Below, one piece after another: positions 51,652 through 64,000 of a stretch of DNA of 64,000 bases. The notes below the pieces were generated by a model that made no database searches, was not told the DNA's origin, and saw only the letters and a list, made by a program, of their open reading frames with translations. Position 1 is the first letter of the stretch. Every line of letters begins with the position of its first letter. A program made the position numbers and the translations under genes. The stretch covers positions 16,988,001 through 17,052,000 of the forward strand of contig NC_042997.1 of the NCBI RefSeq assembly GCF_006345805.1. The letters run 5' to 3'. This stretch comes from Octopus sinensis (taxonomy: Eukaryota).

Positions 51652-53731
51652 TGATCTATCTATCTATCTATCCATCCATCCATCTCTCTGTCTATCTACT
51701 CACATATGCACAAACAAAAGTCATTAAAAAAAAAACTTAGAAAGGTGAAGTAAATGTTATTAAAATACATGTGGAGTAGTATTTTTCTACTTTGTAAGAC
51801 ACACGAGGGAGAAGTGTATGAAGCATGCTCTATCTCTCTTTCTCTTTCACTCATACACACACAGAGATTCAAGCACATACACATAGATGTGCATATGCAA
51901 CACAAAGTTAGTTTAATTAGTGGAATGAAATGAAAGCAACTAAACAACAACTATCAGCAATGCTGCAGTTCTGTTTCTACAAGTGACATTAACTTTGCTA
52001 AGAAATAATCATGATAAGGTGAAATAAAAGTGAAAGGAGAAAAAATGTTGGCATAAATAAACAAAGTGAGTCGAAGTAAAAAAGAAAAGGAGGGGGGTAA
52101 AAACTTCTATTTCTGTGAAGTAAAGAGTAAAAAATAAAAGAAAAGATATAGAAAGAAAACTGTAGATTGCAACAACTAATGTGCCTGTATCCGGTGTTTA
52201 TAGTGAATTACTGGAAACTATAGCAAGAAAAGAATAATTCCATTATAAAAAAAGAAATTATAAAATTGAGGTAGGGTTGGTGTGATGCAGCTAGCTAATG
52301 CATTAGAAATTGTCAACGATTGATCTGTGTACTGCAAAAATATCAATCAATAGATAAAGTATTATGACAGATATATAAGTGAATTTTCTCTTGTGGGAGT
52401 GTGGAGATGTGGGAGGAAGAAGGTTATGTGAAGTAGGGTGGTTTACAATTGAGAAAAATGTAGTAGCAGAATAGGATGAACGGATGAACCTTGAAAAACT
52501 CAGGAGAGACTGAGGGGGTGAGTTGAGAAAACAAAAGTGGGAATAAAACAAGGGAAAAGAGTTGGGGAGAAAGTGATAATTATTATATAAAAGATGAAGA
52601 AAGATAAGAGTGATGTGTGAGAGAGAAGGAGTACACATAGATAAGAGATAGAGAAGGATAGTGGTTGATAATAACAGCAACAACAGAGTATATGGGAGGG
52701 AGTTAATTGCCGGAAAAGGAAGTGAAATAGATATAGAAAAGCAATGACATATCAAAGAGAGAAGGTAAAAGATTGAGAATAATAGCAAGAAAGAATAAGA
52801 GGCATGTAAGCTTTAAATGACATTTTACTATGTTATGTGCAGTGAAGAAGTATTGTAGTAGCAGGCCTTCAATATACACCCATCTCACACACGCTATTGA
52901 AAACACACCTATGTTTCATTTTAACATGTTTTATTATTAATGGTTTTCCAAGTTTACTTATTACTTCTTTATATTTTGTTCGGAACAATAGATTTTTGAT
53001 ATCCATTGATGTTTCAAAACCTGCTTGGTCTCTAAATGTCTGAGATGATTTTAATTTTTCTGAAATAATAACCTTATCTTTTAGTATGTATTACAATAGT
53101 TACTCCAACACTAAGATTTGATTTATTTTGATCATTCATTCTCATCAAATAACGTATTCCTTGGATGTGTACAAAAATGACACTATTGTTCATTGTTCTT
53201 AGATTAAGAATAACAATATTCTTATCCACTAGATCCCTTATGGATGGTCTAATCAACTAGATGAAGCAATTTCAATGGTAGTTCTTATATGACTGAAGGA
53301 GAAAATCATGGGAATGTTGTTTAGCCTCAGGTCAACCTTAATAGAGCAATCAGCCATGGCAATCTCCTCTTTTAAGAAGTATATAGGACTACATAATCAA
53401 ACGACTCCTTTACTTATATAAGATGACAGAAAAGGATTTGAGAGAGATTTGGCAGATATTTCTAGCAGACTGAGCAATTACATAAAGGTTTTCATATTGA
53501 CTCAGTAGAGTAGTGATAAGTATCCTCATCTGTCTGGTGTTACTTTGTTGGTAGAGTTTGATATCTGTGTTTCTAGATTTACATATTTCCCTCTTCCTAT
53601 AGCATTCCAGAATAATGTTCTTCTTTCTAGAGAGGAACTAAACATCATCATTGATCAAAAAGTAAATTTAAAGTAAGGTAAAAGATAATAAACAGACACA
53701 GAGGTATGTGTTAGTTGTGTGTGTGCATACA

Positions 53732-54635
53732 TCTACTACATATGTGGGAAATTCTGTCTGTGTGTGTGTTTGTGGAGTTGTTAGCTAACTCCTCCTACAT
53801 TGTTTTATCGATTTTGATGAAACTTGGCATGTGAGCAGAACTCATGACTGGAAACCTCATAGCATACTCAGATTGTTGAAAAAAAATCAATAATATGGCC
53901 CCTGGAAGTGATCCTTATATATATCTAATATATTTCATTTTAACAGCCAAGGAAAATAACCCATTTGCCCAGATTTTAAAAGTCAAGGGAAATAACCCAT
54001 TCATTTTCCTAAATTATTTGGTATAAATTAAATTGAGTATGCTTATTTCTTTGTATTTGAACTGTTAGAGTTATTTTTGCAATTTATCCAGTACAGCGCT
54101 TAAACAAGTAAATAGTATTTTCCTAAACGATAGATCCACTTATTTCGGTTAGTGACTTATTCATGAATATACCAATACTAGAGCTACTGAGGGTAATATT
54201 CTCTGGGAATGCATAAAAGTCCTTTTCAGAGTTATTTACTTTGAATTGTTATCTCATATCTGATTAGCCTGTTATTGTGTAACATGTTTCACAATTTTAT
54301 TATACATACCTTATTAGGGGTTCCTCTTAAGTTCAATATACTCTGGGAAAGCATTAAAGCCCTTTTTGGGGTTACTTTATTTGAATTCTTACTATTGGGC
54401 AACTAATTTCATGTTATTACATAACTAATTTCACAATTTGGTTATTCATAACTTATTGGGAATTGCTAAAAATAAGATCCTGTGTAAGACAGTTTGGTAT
54501 CCTCTGTAAATGCACAAAAACTGTAATAAGGGCTACATACATTGTATTGTTGTCATTGGATTAGCAAAATAATTATGAGAATAGAACCAAGGGATAAGCC
54601 CCACTTTCCCGAGAATTACCGGGTACGTCAGCTAA
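53732..54635 (+). mobile_element. Non-autonomous Helitron, copy 2
   Basis: A|TC start, CTAA|T end (CTRR), hairpin cccga-gaatta-ccggg, and the atcgattttgatgaaactt motif near the 5' end. Colinear with 36519-37366. Confidence 0.85.
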
Positions 54636-54689
54636 TACATACATATATGCACACTCATATATATATACATATGATCATGTTATGTGTAT

Positions 54690-55250
54690 TATTAAGAAGA
54701 GCTGCATAAAGAAGTGCCAATCTCTAATTGTGGAGGGAACCTGTGGAAGGGGTAGACCCAGGAAGATATAGGACAAAGTGATGAGAAAGGATCTTCAGAC
54801 ATTGAACATCACTGAGAAGGTGACAAGGGGCTGAGACCTCAGGCGATTTGCTGTGCTTGAGAAGACATGCCAAGTTAAGTAAAATTGTGGCCATCCCTAC
54901 CTACATGCCCCCAATTTCAACTCCCTTCCTCAGTCAAAAAGTCCTTATTTTCTGGGCTGGAAGATGTTGGTACCTCGAAAAGACATCTGTGCTGATGTCA
55001 AGTAAAAAGCATCCATACTAGTCCCATATAGAAGGCACCCATGCTAATGTCACATAGAATGCAGCCGTGTTGGTGTCATTTAAAAGCACCCATGCTGGCC
55101 CCACGTAAAAACCACCTGTGTTGGTGTCACATTAAAAACACCATGCTAGTGCCACATAAAAAGTACCAATGCTGGTGCCACATAAAAGCACCCCTGGTGC
55201 CATGGAAAAGCACCTGTACTGGAACCATGTAAAAACACTCCTGCCAGTGC
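54690..55250 (+). mobile_element. RTE LINE 3' region with a ~21-bp tandem array
   Basis: LIVEGTCGRGRPRKI*DKVMRKDLQTLNITEKVTRG*DLRRFAVLEKT. About eleven tggtgccacataaaagcacc-like units lie at 54965-55240. Confidence 0.85.
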
Positions 55251-55307
55251 TCTGTGTGTGTGTGCGTCTGTGTGTACATGTGTGTGTGTGTATGTGTGTG
55301 TGAAAAC

Positions 55308-55695
55308 ATCATCATCATCACATCATTATAGCATCCACTATTTCAAGCATGCTTGGGTTTGACAGATATTAATTTGGTAGATTTTCTTTGTTAGATACCC
55401 TTCCTGCTGTCAACCCTCACCTGTTTCCAAGCAAGTTATTTTTCTCCATAACTGAATGTCTTCAAGGAAAACTGGAAATGAAAGGCTCTACTTGTATGAC
55501 AATGACATACATTTATAACTATCCCATGATGTCAAGACAAGGAAACAAACATGCACGGACACACACACAAGTTTCTGCATATCAAATCCACTCACAAAGC
55601 TTTGGTTGGCCGGCAGCTATAGTAGAAAACATTTACCAATAGTGCCATGAAGTGAGATTGAACCCCAAACTGTGTAGTTCTTACCTACACAAACA
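55308..55695 (-). mobile_element. Family B' SINE, degenerate
   Basis: (CAT)n, then cccttcctgctgtcaaccctcacctgtttccaag (tail), then caaatccactcacaaagctttggttggcc...ctatagtagaaaacattt (head). Confidence 0.7.
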
Positions 55696-55716
55696 CACCA
55701 ATATATATATATATAT

Positions 55717-55772
<56 letters not shown>

Positions 55773-55777
<5 letters not shown>

Positions 55778-56041
55778 CGTTTTTGGATTTGGTTTGCAAG
55801 ATTCTTTATGTGAGTTCATATGTTGAAGCATATTCTGTTATGTCTGAGGAGAGTCATTCTCTTTTAGTGCCTTATAATTTAACACACTCACCTGTAAAGT
55901 TTCCACTCATTTACGTATTTGTTTTTCTAAAATTATCATTCCGTCTTGCAACCTCTTCAACAGTCGTTGACTCTGTCCGTTATCCAAGCTGTGTTCTTCT
56001 TGTTTATTTGTGCACACGTGTGTGGGTCAGTGTGCGCGTGC

Positions 56042-56072
<31 letters not shown>

Positions 56073-57050
56073 TGTATGTATGTATCTATGTATGTATACA
56101 TGTATGCATGCCTGCATGTAAGTGCATCTATGCATCTTATGCTGTAGATTACATTTCTAGTTCTACAACATAAGATGTATAGAAGGTTCTTGTAAAGACA
56201 TGAACAGGACATACATAGGTAAGGCATCTAGCAGCATTGCAGAAAGACTAAATGAATGTTTGAGACAATATGATGACAAAAATCAGTCCTCCATACTCTA
56301 CCAACATCAAGGTAACCTGGGTCAACTTGACATCCGCATTTTATCCAAGCACCCAAAGAACCCAACCCTCAGACAAATACAGGAGTACGTCCTCTTAAAT
56401 GAAAATCCCTAGTACTAAATAGGAAATATATGTTGTAGATAATCATACCCCCATACCCACAATTTATATTTATATACTGGTAGAATAGTTAGTGGGCTGT
56501 TATGTAGGTGTGTGTGTGTATATATGTAGGCAAATAGATATGAATGTAAACAGATAGACATACAGACGGATAGGTACATGGGTAATATGAACAGGCAAGC
56601 ACACATACACACACATACGCAAATGAAAACTGAAACACATGACCATATGCTCACACACTTCACACAAGGACACGTATGGAAACACACCCACACATACACA
56701 TATCCACACATATGGAGATACACATCCATACATACAGACGCAGTACATAGTCACAAAAACCCAAACACACACACACACACACACACACTCAGGCATGCAC
56801 ACACACAAGGAGACAGAGGCACACACACACACAAGGAGACAGAGGTACACACACACACACACACACATGCACATAAACAAACAAGAAGAATGCAGCTTAG
56901 ATAATGAACAGAATCAACAACTATTAAAAAGCTTACAAGATGCAACGAAAATTTTAGAAAAATAAATAAGCAAATGAGTAGAAACTTTACCAGTGAGTTT
57001 GCTAAATTATAAGGCACTAAAAGAGAATGACTCTTCCAGACACAACAATA
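55773..57050 (+). mobile_element. Penelope-like element remnant: inverted pLTR-like repeats around a GIY-YIG fragment
   Basis: 55835-56014 is an inverted copy of 56868-57048 (e.g. gagtcattctcttttagtgccttataattta / taaattataaggcactaaaagagaatgactc). The unit is flanked by microsatellites. Confidence 0.75.
56161..56426 (+). pseudogene. GIY-YIG endonuclease remnant (Penelope-like)
   Basis: FYNIRCIEGSCKDMNRTYIGKASSSIAERLNECLRQYDDKNQSSILYQHQ...IRILSKHPKNPTLRQIQE...NENP and, after a frameshift, VLNRK. This matches the YxIxC..C..YIG, R, H, E and PxLN pattern. Confidence 0.8.
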
Positions 57051-57069
57051 GTATATATATATATATATA

Positions 57070-57443
57070 CATGGTGATTCAAAAGTCACTATACATAGGA
57101 ACAATTTATCTTTTTTTTATAAGAAACAGTTTATAAGAAAAGTTTTTTTTTATCTAACAGGCTCTATATGGTTACCATTGTTTTGAATACACATTGCAAT
57201 ATGGTTACCATACTCATTGTGAACTCATAATAGCACATCTGGTGATACTTGTGCAAAGGAGTTGGTGATGCGTTCCTTCAAATCATTTATGTCTTTTATC
57301 TTTCCGCAATACACCATGCCTTTCAAATGTCCCCAAAAATAGAAATCAAGAGGAGTCAGATCGGGGGATCTTGGGGATCTTATAAACTGTCTCTTATAAA
57401 AACATTAATTTTTTCTATGTATGGAAACTTTTGAATCACCTTG
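57070..57443 (-). mobile_element. Internally deleted Tc1/mariner-superfamily transposon with TIRs and TA TSD
   Basis: TA|catggtgattcaaaagt ... acttttgaatcaccttg|TA. The minus strand encodes PRSPDLTPLDFYFWGHLKGMVYCGKIKDINDLKERITNSFAQVSPDVL. Confidence 0.92.
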
Positions 57444-57457
57444 TATATAAATATTTA

Positions 57458-57673
57458 TGAGGGTATACTGAAAAGCTCCTTGCTATAAGGGTATCATGAA
57501 AGTCCTGTTTGGAGACACAACCTCCTGAGTTCTTTTACAGGGCTTACAAAAACTGAAGGACTGCTCAATAAGTGTGTGAATTTGAGAGGGGAATATGTTC
57601 AATAAAATTATAATTAACTGACCCTCCTGTATTTTCTTTTACCCAAAGCCAATAACTTTTCAGCCCCTCTTCA
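57458..57673 (+). mobile_element. mariner-derived MITE with TA flanks
   Basis: TA|tgagggtatactgaaaag ... cttttcagcccctcttca|TA. The internal NKCVNLRGEYVQ* resembles a mariner transposase C-terminus. Confidence 0.8.
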
Positions 57674-57694
57674 TATATATATATATATGTATGT

Positions 57695-57880
57695 GATTGC
57701 TGCCCCCTCGTTATCAAGTATGACCAATGCATTAAGCTTAACTGCCATTGGTGCTGTGATCGAATGTGACTTTTTAGCCCAGCTAAAGATCTACAATGTC
57801 TTGTACAGAATTGGCAGCTAAAACCTTTACCGGCAATAGTTGGCTGTAGTTGTAACTGGGCTTCATGTCGTTTAAATCCT
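57695..57880 (-). mobile_element. LINE (RTE-type) 3' end encoding a terminal C2H2 finger
   Basis: GFSCQFCTRHCRSLAGLKSHIRSQH is a single CxxC-x12-H-x4-H finger with the GLxSHxR pattern of RTE ORF ends. A short UTR and microsatellite follow. Confidence 0.65.
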
Positions 57881-58881
57881 CCTGCCAAATTACACTCCCT
57901 TCCACATATGCATATACACATATGCACACACACACACACACATTATATATATATATCTATATATATATATGTGTGTGTGTGTGTACACATACACATGTAT
58001 ACAAAGAGAAAACTGCTGGAAATATGCGAAATAGAATATATATATAATGGAACAGAGTATTAGCAGCACTATTTCAAAATATGCTTTATGTAGAGTTCTA
58101 TAGAAATTAGGGCAACTTTGGATATGATTTACAATGTCAAAATCTATATTACTTGAAACAGTTGATCTGCTACTCTTCTTAATAAACACAGCATCTGTGT
58201 CACACACTGAACTAGCACTGAACTAGCCTGAAGGGATGAATTTGTGGAGGAAGAGCATGTTTCACTGGAATAAACCCATGAAAGACACAAATATGTTTAT
58301 CGTTTCTTTTCTATCTTCCACATTGCATTATCATTTAGGAAAGAAGACCTAAAACTTGGAGTGTTTCCTTGGAAGGGAGGATGGATGGTGGTGGAGTTTA
58401 ATGGGGAAAGAATTAGTCTGTTGACCTTTCACTCAAAACTTCAGCCAGTAATAGTCTGCAGGGAGTATGTGTAGATATGAGTAATTGGTTGTAGATAATG
58501 GCTAGACAACATGGAAACATATGAGGGTGAATGCTGCATTTGAAAATACACTTGTCTAAAGTATTTACATTCTGTGTAAGAAATGATTGGTTAGTCAGAC
58601 TGAGGAAAGATATTTTTAATTAGCCATCATAAAAGAATCTCTTGAGAAATATTTGACCACTGCCTAAGCATGGATATATTTTTAGCAATTTATTTAATTT
58701 TGTAGTATTCACTTTTGTTTTTGTTTTCATTTAACATTGATATAGCAAATATCAGTAATATAATGGCTTTAATTAAATCAAATTTAATGCTATTAAGCTA
58801 TCTCATACAAAAATTTGTATGATGTCAATCCAACAGAAATCAATTTTGTAACTAATGATATCAGTTTTTTAAAAATTTAAA

Positions 58882-59225
58882 CATCATCATCATCATCATT
58901 TAACATCTGTTGTCATTGCAGGCATGGGTTTGACAGTTTGACTGGGCTAGCACACTGGAAGGTTGTGCCAGGCTCCAGTCTGATTTGGCATGGTTTTCTA
59001 TGGTTGGATGCCCTTCCTAATGCCAACCACTCCAAGAATGTAATGGGTGCTTTTACGTGCCACCAGCACGGGTGCCATTTGTGTGACACCAGTATCTACT
59101 AAGACTGCAATTTTGCTCAGCTTGACGGGTCTTCTTCTCAAGCACATCATAATGCTGCCTCATTGCCTCATTGCAACCTCACCTCCATGAAGCCCAACAC
59201 TCGAAAGGAACTCAACCACTTTACT
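58882..59225 (-). mobile_element. RTE-related 3' end element
   Basis: (CAT)n, then ggatgcccttcctaatgccaaccactcc...gtgcttttacgtgccaccagcac...gggtcttcttctcaagcac. Confidence 0.8.
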
Positions 59226-61321
59226 TGTGCCTCTTAACATAAACGGTTAAGATAATTTTATAAAAGTTGGATGTTTTCATGGATTATTGACTAAAGTTCC
59301 AGTTTTAATTATTTAAAAAAGTTTTCAGCCAGCCAGCAGGTTAGCTAAATATTAACATTATAATCTTAAAAGCAGGAAATATGATATTCTTCAGATAGGG
59401 TTAAACTAAGACTATGTGAGCTTAATAAGAGCACAATATCATAATGCCTCTAGAAGGATTTGAAATTCCACTTTTTTAGTTTAATGTTCTGTTTATTAAA
59501 ACAAGGTAATAATTTTAGTTACTAAATGTTTGACTTGATTCTCTCTGCACTCTGCCATTTAAACTACACATAAACAAGCAACAACACTGCTTCTTCTCTC
59601 TTCCTCATTCTCATACAATGGATAAGAAACTGAAATAATGGCTTTTTTCAACCCTCACTGGCAACTGAATATATCAGCCATTTCTACAAATTCAATTGCT
59701 AACTCAGAGTATTCTCAATTTCTTTGGATATTGGGTTTCACTCTAAATATACAGCATTTACTGGTTAATAAAATTTCTTTTTGCAAGTCATATGTATAAC
59801 ATATGATATATTCTATGTCTATTTAGATCTTGTATTTGCTTAATTGATGAGTTTCAAGTTTATTGCTGATCACTTGTAATGTGCAACACAGTTATTTAGA
59901 AGACTGACTGCTCACCTAAGACTTATTTATACAATGGTTCCAAAATATAGAGTCCACAAATCTCAAGAAAACATTCTCAAAATTGTATTCCATCTACTTA
60001 TGAAAAATACAGTATCAAAACTTCCAAGCAAGGTGTTATAAAGATGCAGAACAGGTATGAACAGAGAATAGGTGACTATGTGGGGGAGCCCCTGACTTAA
60101 AGAAAATTTATGAAATTTGGAGAGCTGTGTTTGAATTTCCTCAAATTAGGAATAAGAATCCAAATAACAAAACACACACACACACACGCGCATGCACACA
60201 CACAAGGAAGAAAAAGAGAAAGAGGGAAGTAGAGGGAGCAAATGTGAGAGAAAAAAAAAAAATTTTTCAATCTCTTATTTCTTCTAGCAAAACATTTCAC
60301 TTCTTTATTTTTAACCCATTACCAACCAATGACCTTTGTGCTCTTCCTTTATGTGATTTCCAAATACATGTGCACGCACACACACACACATACACAACTA
60401 CATGCATATACTCACATTTAACCGAGTTTAATAAAAAGCTGTTTTCTTAATGAAATTAACTGGAAAAATTTCTTCTTTTATAGAAAAAATCCTGAAGTAC
60501 AATTTAACATCATTTAAATTTTTCTTCTTTATTCAAAAATTTTGGCAAAATTTTCAACTAGAATTAAATTTTAGGTATTTTTCTCTTTCTCTCTTTTTTT
60601 TTATTCTTCTTTCTCTTGTTGCAACATTCTCCTTTCACCCAATCTTTTTTACTCACTCACTCTAGTACATTTGCCTTGCTATAGTGAGGTAGAATGGTTG
60701 AATAGTTAAGTTATAAAACAAAATGCTCCTACAGGCATTGCATTGTGTCCCTCTTTTTTTTTTTTTTTTGGCAGGGTGAGAAAACCTTCCAATCTTTTTG
60801 GTTCGAGATAACCAATAAAATAGTTAAGCACCAGTTCAAGCTCATAAAATAGTTTGCATAGGTATCATTAATGAAATCAGAGATGCATGCCTGAGAATAA
60901 CCAATAATACAGTATTATAAGTATATTGAGGTATGTGTTATAGTATAAGGGGAAATTACTGAACTAAGTTCAATAGTTAATTGAAAGACATTTTATTTCT
61001 GGCTGACGCCATTTAACTTATCTGACATTATAAATGCAGATTCATTTTAATAATGTCAATAATGTACCTTCATGTAGTTATTTGACTTGTGAGAAATAAC
61101 AGTTAAAATTCCTTGCAGTAACATTATACTTTCTTAGAAACAATCCTAAATAAAAGACAGGATGGTCATAGCTAGAATGTTTTGATTGTAGGTCTGTTCA
61201 GTTAGAGCTTACTTGGGGCTAACCACCACCACCACCATCACCACCAGCATCAGCACCAGCACCAGCACCACTAGCACCACCACCAACAACAACAACAACA
61301 TCGATATCGGCAGCTGCAGGA

Positions 61322-61730
61322 ATAAAAGAAGTGGTTGTGTCTTTGTGTAGTTGACAAAGATTAGTTTGCTATGTCCCCAGCAGAGGATATTTCTGAGGTT
61401 TCCATTCAGAAAACAGTGCTAGTCTGGCATGAAATGGCTAGGTTTGTATGTAGATAGTACCTATATATGTGTATGAAGGGTGGTAGTATCTGTATGGGAG
61501 TGTGTGTTTGTGTGGTTAGAAGTAACACTAAGTACATCATTCATAATGTACAGAATGAAGAGTATTGGAGAGAAAGCTGAACCTTGGGGTAAATCAGAGT
61601 TGATGGAATGTTGGCTGGAGAGTCTTAATCCAAGAGTTGAGAAATGGATGGTAAGTTAGCAAGGTAGTTCTTATGTGTGTATTACTGCCACACAACTGAA
61701 AAATTTGATTGTTTGGGATTGGAAGTATGG
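61322..61730 (-). pseudogene. Decayed LINE reverse-transcriptase fragment (L2/Jockey/CR1 group)
   Basis: The minus strand gives QHSINSDLPQGSAFSPILFILYIMNDV (the PQGS motif) and, downstream, NGNLRNILCWGHSKLIFVNYTKTQ (W...N..KTQ motif). Confidence 0.75.
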
Positions 61731-63463
61731 CTGTGTGAGGGATGTAAATAATCAGAAGGATGGTATCAGTTATTTACTTAACTATTTCAGATGGGCTAAC
61801 CCATCTAAAATATTAAAGTAAATCACATTTGCTACCAAAAGTAGTCAGCATAGAATTATAATTTAATTGATTTGAAGCATGGAATTATGCAAAGTTAGGG
61901 CTGTTGTTCAGTAATTGAATAGAGATGGTAACAATATCTCATGAATTTTCTTAATATTCTTGCTCTTACACACTTTCCATTAGTTTGATCACCAAAATTC
62001 ACCTCTTCCACAGCTTAAAAATTTGTAATATTTGTGTATAAAGCTTCAAAAAGAAAACATTCATCTAAAAAAAAAAACCCAGAAAATGAGTGAAAAACAT
62101 TATTAAAAAAGAAACTAAGCAAAAATAAAATTTTTTAAAATAATGAAGTGAGATGAGAATGATTTGGGTAAGAAGACTGCTTTAATTTTCTATAATTTTG
62201 ATTTGTGAAAGCCAAAAATAATTGTGACATGTCCTTCAAGGTACAGACTTGAGATGTCTGGTAAAATAGACTGTATAGTGAGGGATTGCTATCTTAAATA
62301 CAGAGACTAGGAAATTACTTCATTACAACATTATATCAAAGGATAAAGCAGCTGGAGTTTATTTTACTTAAGGACACATGATAACTGATCTCTTTTAAGT
62401 TTCCTCATAGAAGGAATAATATGTATGTGTCTGATCTGAGCTCATATAGGAGAGTAGTACTTCAACAGCAAATACACTATTTGTGCCCTTAGGTGACCTA
62501 CGATTACAGCAGTAAGGAATGAGGCTTAGAATAATAGAACAATTTGTATTTGTGAATATGTATATATAGAGATTTGTGTGTATGTGTGTGTGTGTGTGTG
62601 CATGCGTACATGTGTGCATGTGGGTGTAATTTGTGTATGCATGCACGCATGCAAGTTTCTTGCATGCAAATGCCTATGTTAATACTTCCTATTGTAGTGA
62701 ACAAATGTAAACATTGAAATTTGGCAGCATGTAAACTGTGTGTTCTTAGTGTGTATGTAACACTGTATTTCATGGAAATACATCAGACCACGATACTGCA
62801 ATGCATTTCCTGGCAGTAGACTCAATTGGACAAATATGGACACTTAGGAAATGCAAGACTCCCTTCTGGCCATGTACTTTTCTTTTCTAATTTACAAAAG
62901 ATCCCAGCTCCATAATTCCTGTGTAATTTCCGATGAAACCCTCATACCACTTTATATCATTTCCTCCCACAACACTATACCATTCACCACTGATACTGTA
63001 TCTCACAGAAGACTGCTATCTAAGAAAACAATGAACTGAATATACTAATACACTTTGAGTTATAAACTCTGGAATGTTCAGCCTTTTATCACCGCAGGCA
63101 CATACTAATAGACCAATGCATAATTCGACTACAATGACATTGAATTCCAGTCAAAATTGATGAAATAAATAGTGAAATTTCAGCAATTTTTCTGAACAGG
63201 TATTCAGAGTGTTAAGAAAGCTATTAGCAAAATGATCTAGAATTTATAAGGAAATATATTAATACAGATGGAAACTATTATTCATGACTTTTAAATTACT
63301 TGCATTTGTAATAATACTTATATAGATTACAAAATTATTAGATACAGAATAAGAGATTTGTATATACTGTATGATTTTTGTTTAAGTCACTTCATAGTGA
63401 TATCTTTTTAAAGGAGGATTGATTTACCTTGTCTCAAATTAGCTACGTATGTTTGCATGTTTA

Positions 63464-63495
<32 letters not shown>

Positions 63496-63519
63496 TGTGC
63501 ACGTGCTTGCAAGTGTGCT

Positions 63520-63940
63520 GAGCAGCATTTTGTCCATCTTTACATTCTGAGTTCAAATTCCACCAAGTTTGACCTTGCCTTTCATCCTTTTGTGGTTGAT
63601 AAAATAAATACCAGTTAAGTACTGAGGCTGATGTAATTGACTTCCTCTTTCCTGCAACAAAAAAAACCCAAAGACCTGTTGGCTCTGTACCATAATCTAA
63701 AACTATTATTTTGAGAATCTTTAAGGTTATGAGCAGGTAGAACCATTAGCATGCTGGACAAAAGGCTTATAGGTGTTTCATCCATCTTTATATTCTGAAT
63801 TCAAATTCCACTGGGATCGACTTCACTTTTCATTCTTATGGGAGTCAATAAAATAAGTACCCATGAAGTACTAGGGTTGATGTGATTGACTTCTCACTCA
63901 AAAAACTGCTGGCCTGGTGTCAAAATTTGAAACCATTATT
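63520..63940 (+). mobile_element. Two head-to-tail family A SINE copies (about 63520-63710 and 63722-63940)
   Basis: Each has ttctga(g/a)ttcaaattccac...gac(c/t)t...tttcat...ataaaataa...gatgt(a/g)attgact, as in 30285-30380. Confidence 0.8.
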
Positions 63941-64000
63941 ATGGAAATCATTTCAAAAGCCATAAAGCTTAGATATATTATCCCTACTTTAATTATGATA

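Noticed and set aside
57740-57830. C2H2 finger as a member of the octopus zinc-finger gene expansion
   Set aside because: It is a single finger with no TGEKP linkers or clear exon structure, and fits a LINE ORF terminus better.
2310-62773. Dozens of ORFs rich in YI, CV or HT repeats
   Set aside because: They are translations of (TA)n, (TG)n and (CA)n microsatellites, which lack stop codons.

Overview
This is AT-rich, microsatellite-dense eukaryotic DNA. Its repeat families point to a coleoid cephalopod, most likely Octopus; this rests on my recognition of the families, not on a database search. No complete protein-coding gene is visible, and nearly all ORFs in the supplied track are translations of microsatellites or low-complexity DNA. 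The window looks like a very large intron or intergenic region full of transposon remains: several tRNA-derived SINE families (some nested, one with a perfect 17-bp target-site duplication, TSD) and fragments of RTE, CR1, L2/Jockey-like and R4/Dong-like LINEs. There are also Tc1/mariner remnants and MITEs, two copies of a non-autonomous Helitron, and Penelope-like pieces, namely a GIY-YIG remnant between inverted repeats and a minimal hammerhead-ribozyme motif. The best host-gene candidates are two minus-strand exons: a 27-nt microexon (10864-10890) and a 148-nt exon (6230-6377) that could encode a signal peptide. Structured-RNA candidates are a 243-bp foldback, a perfect 29-bp hairpin and a pre-miRNA-sized hairpin. 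I cannot support a claim of a wholly new biological system. Coordinates of degenerate repeats are approximate.
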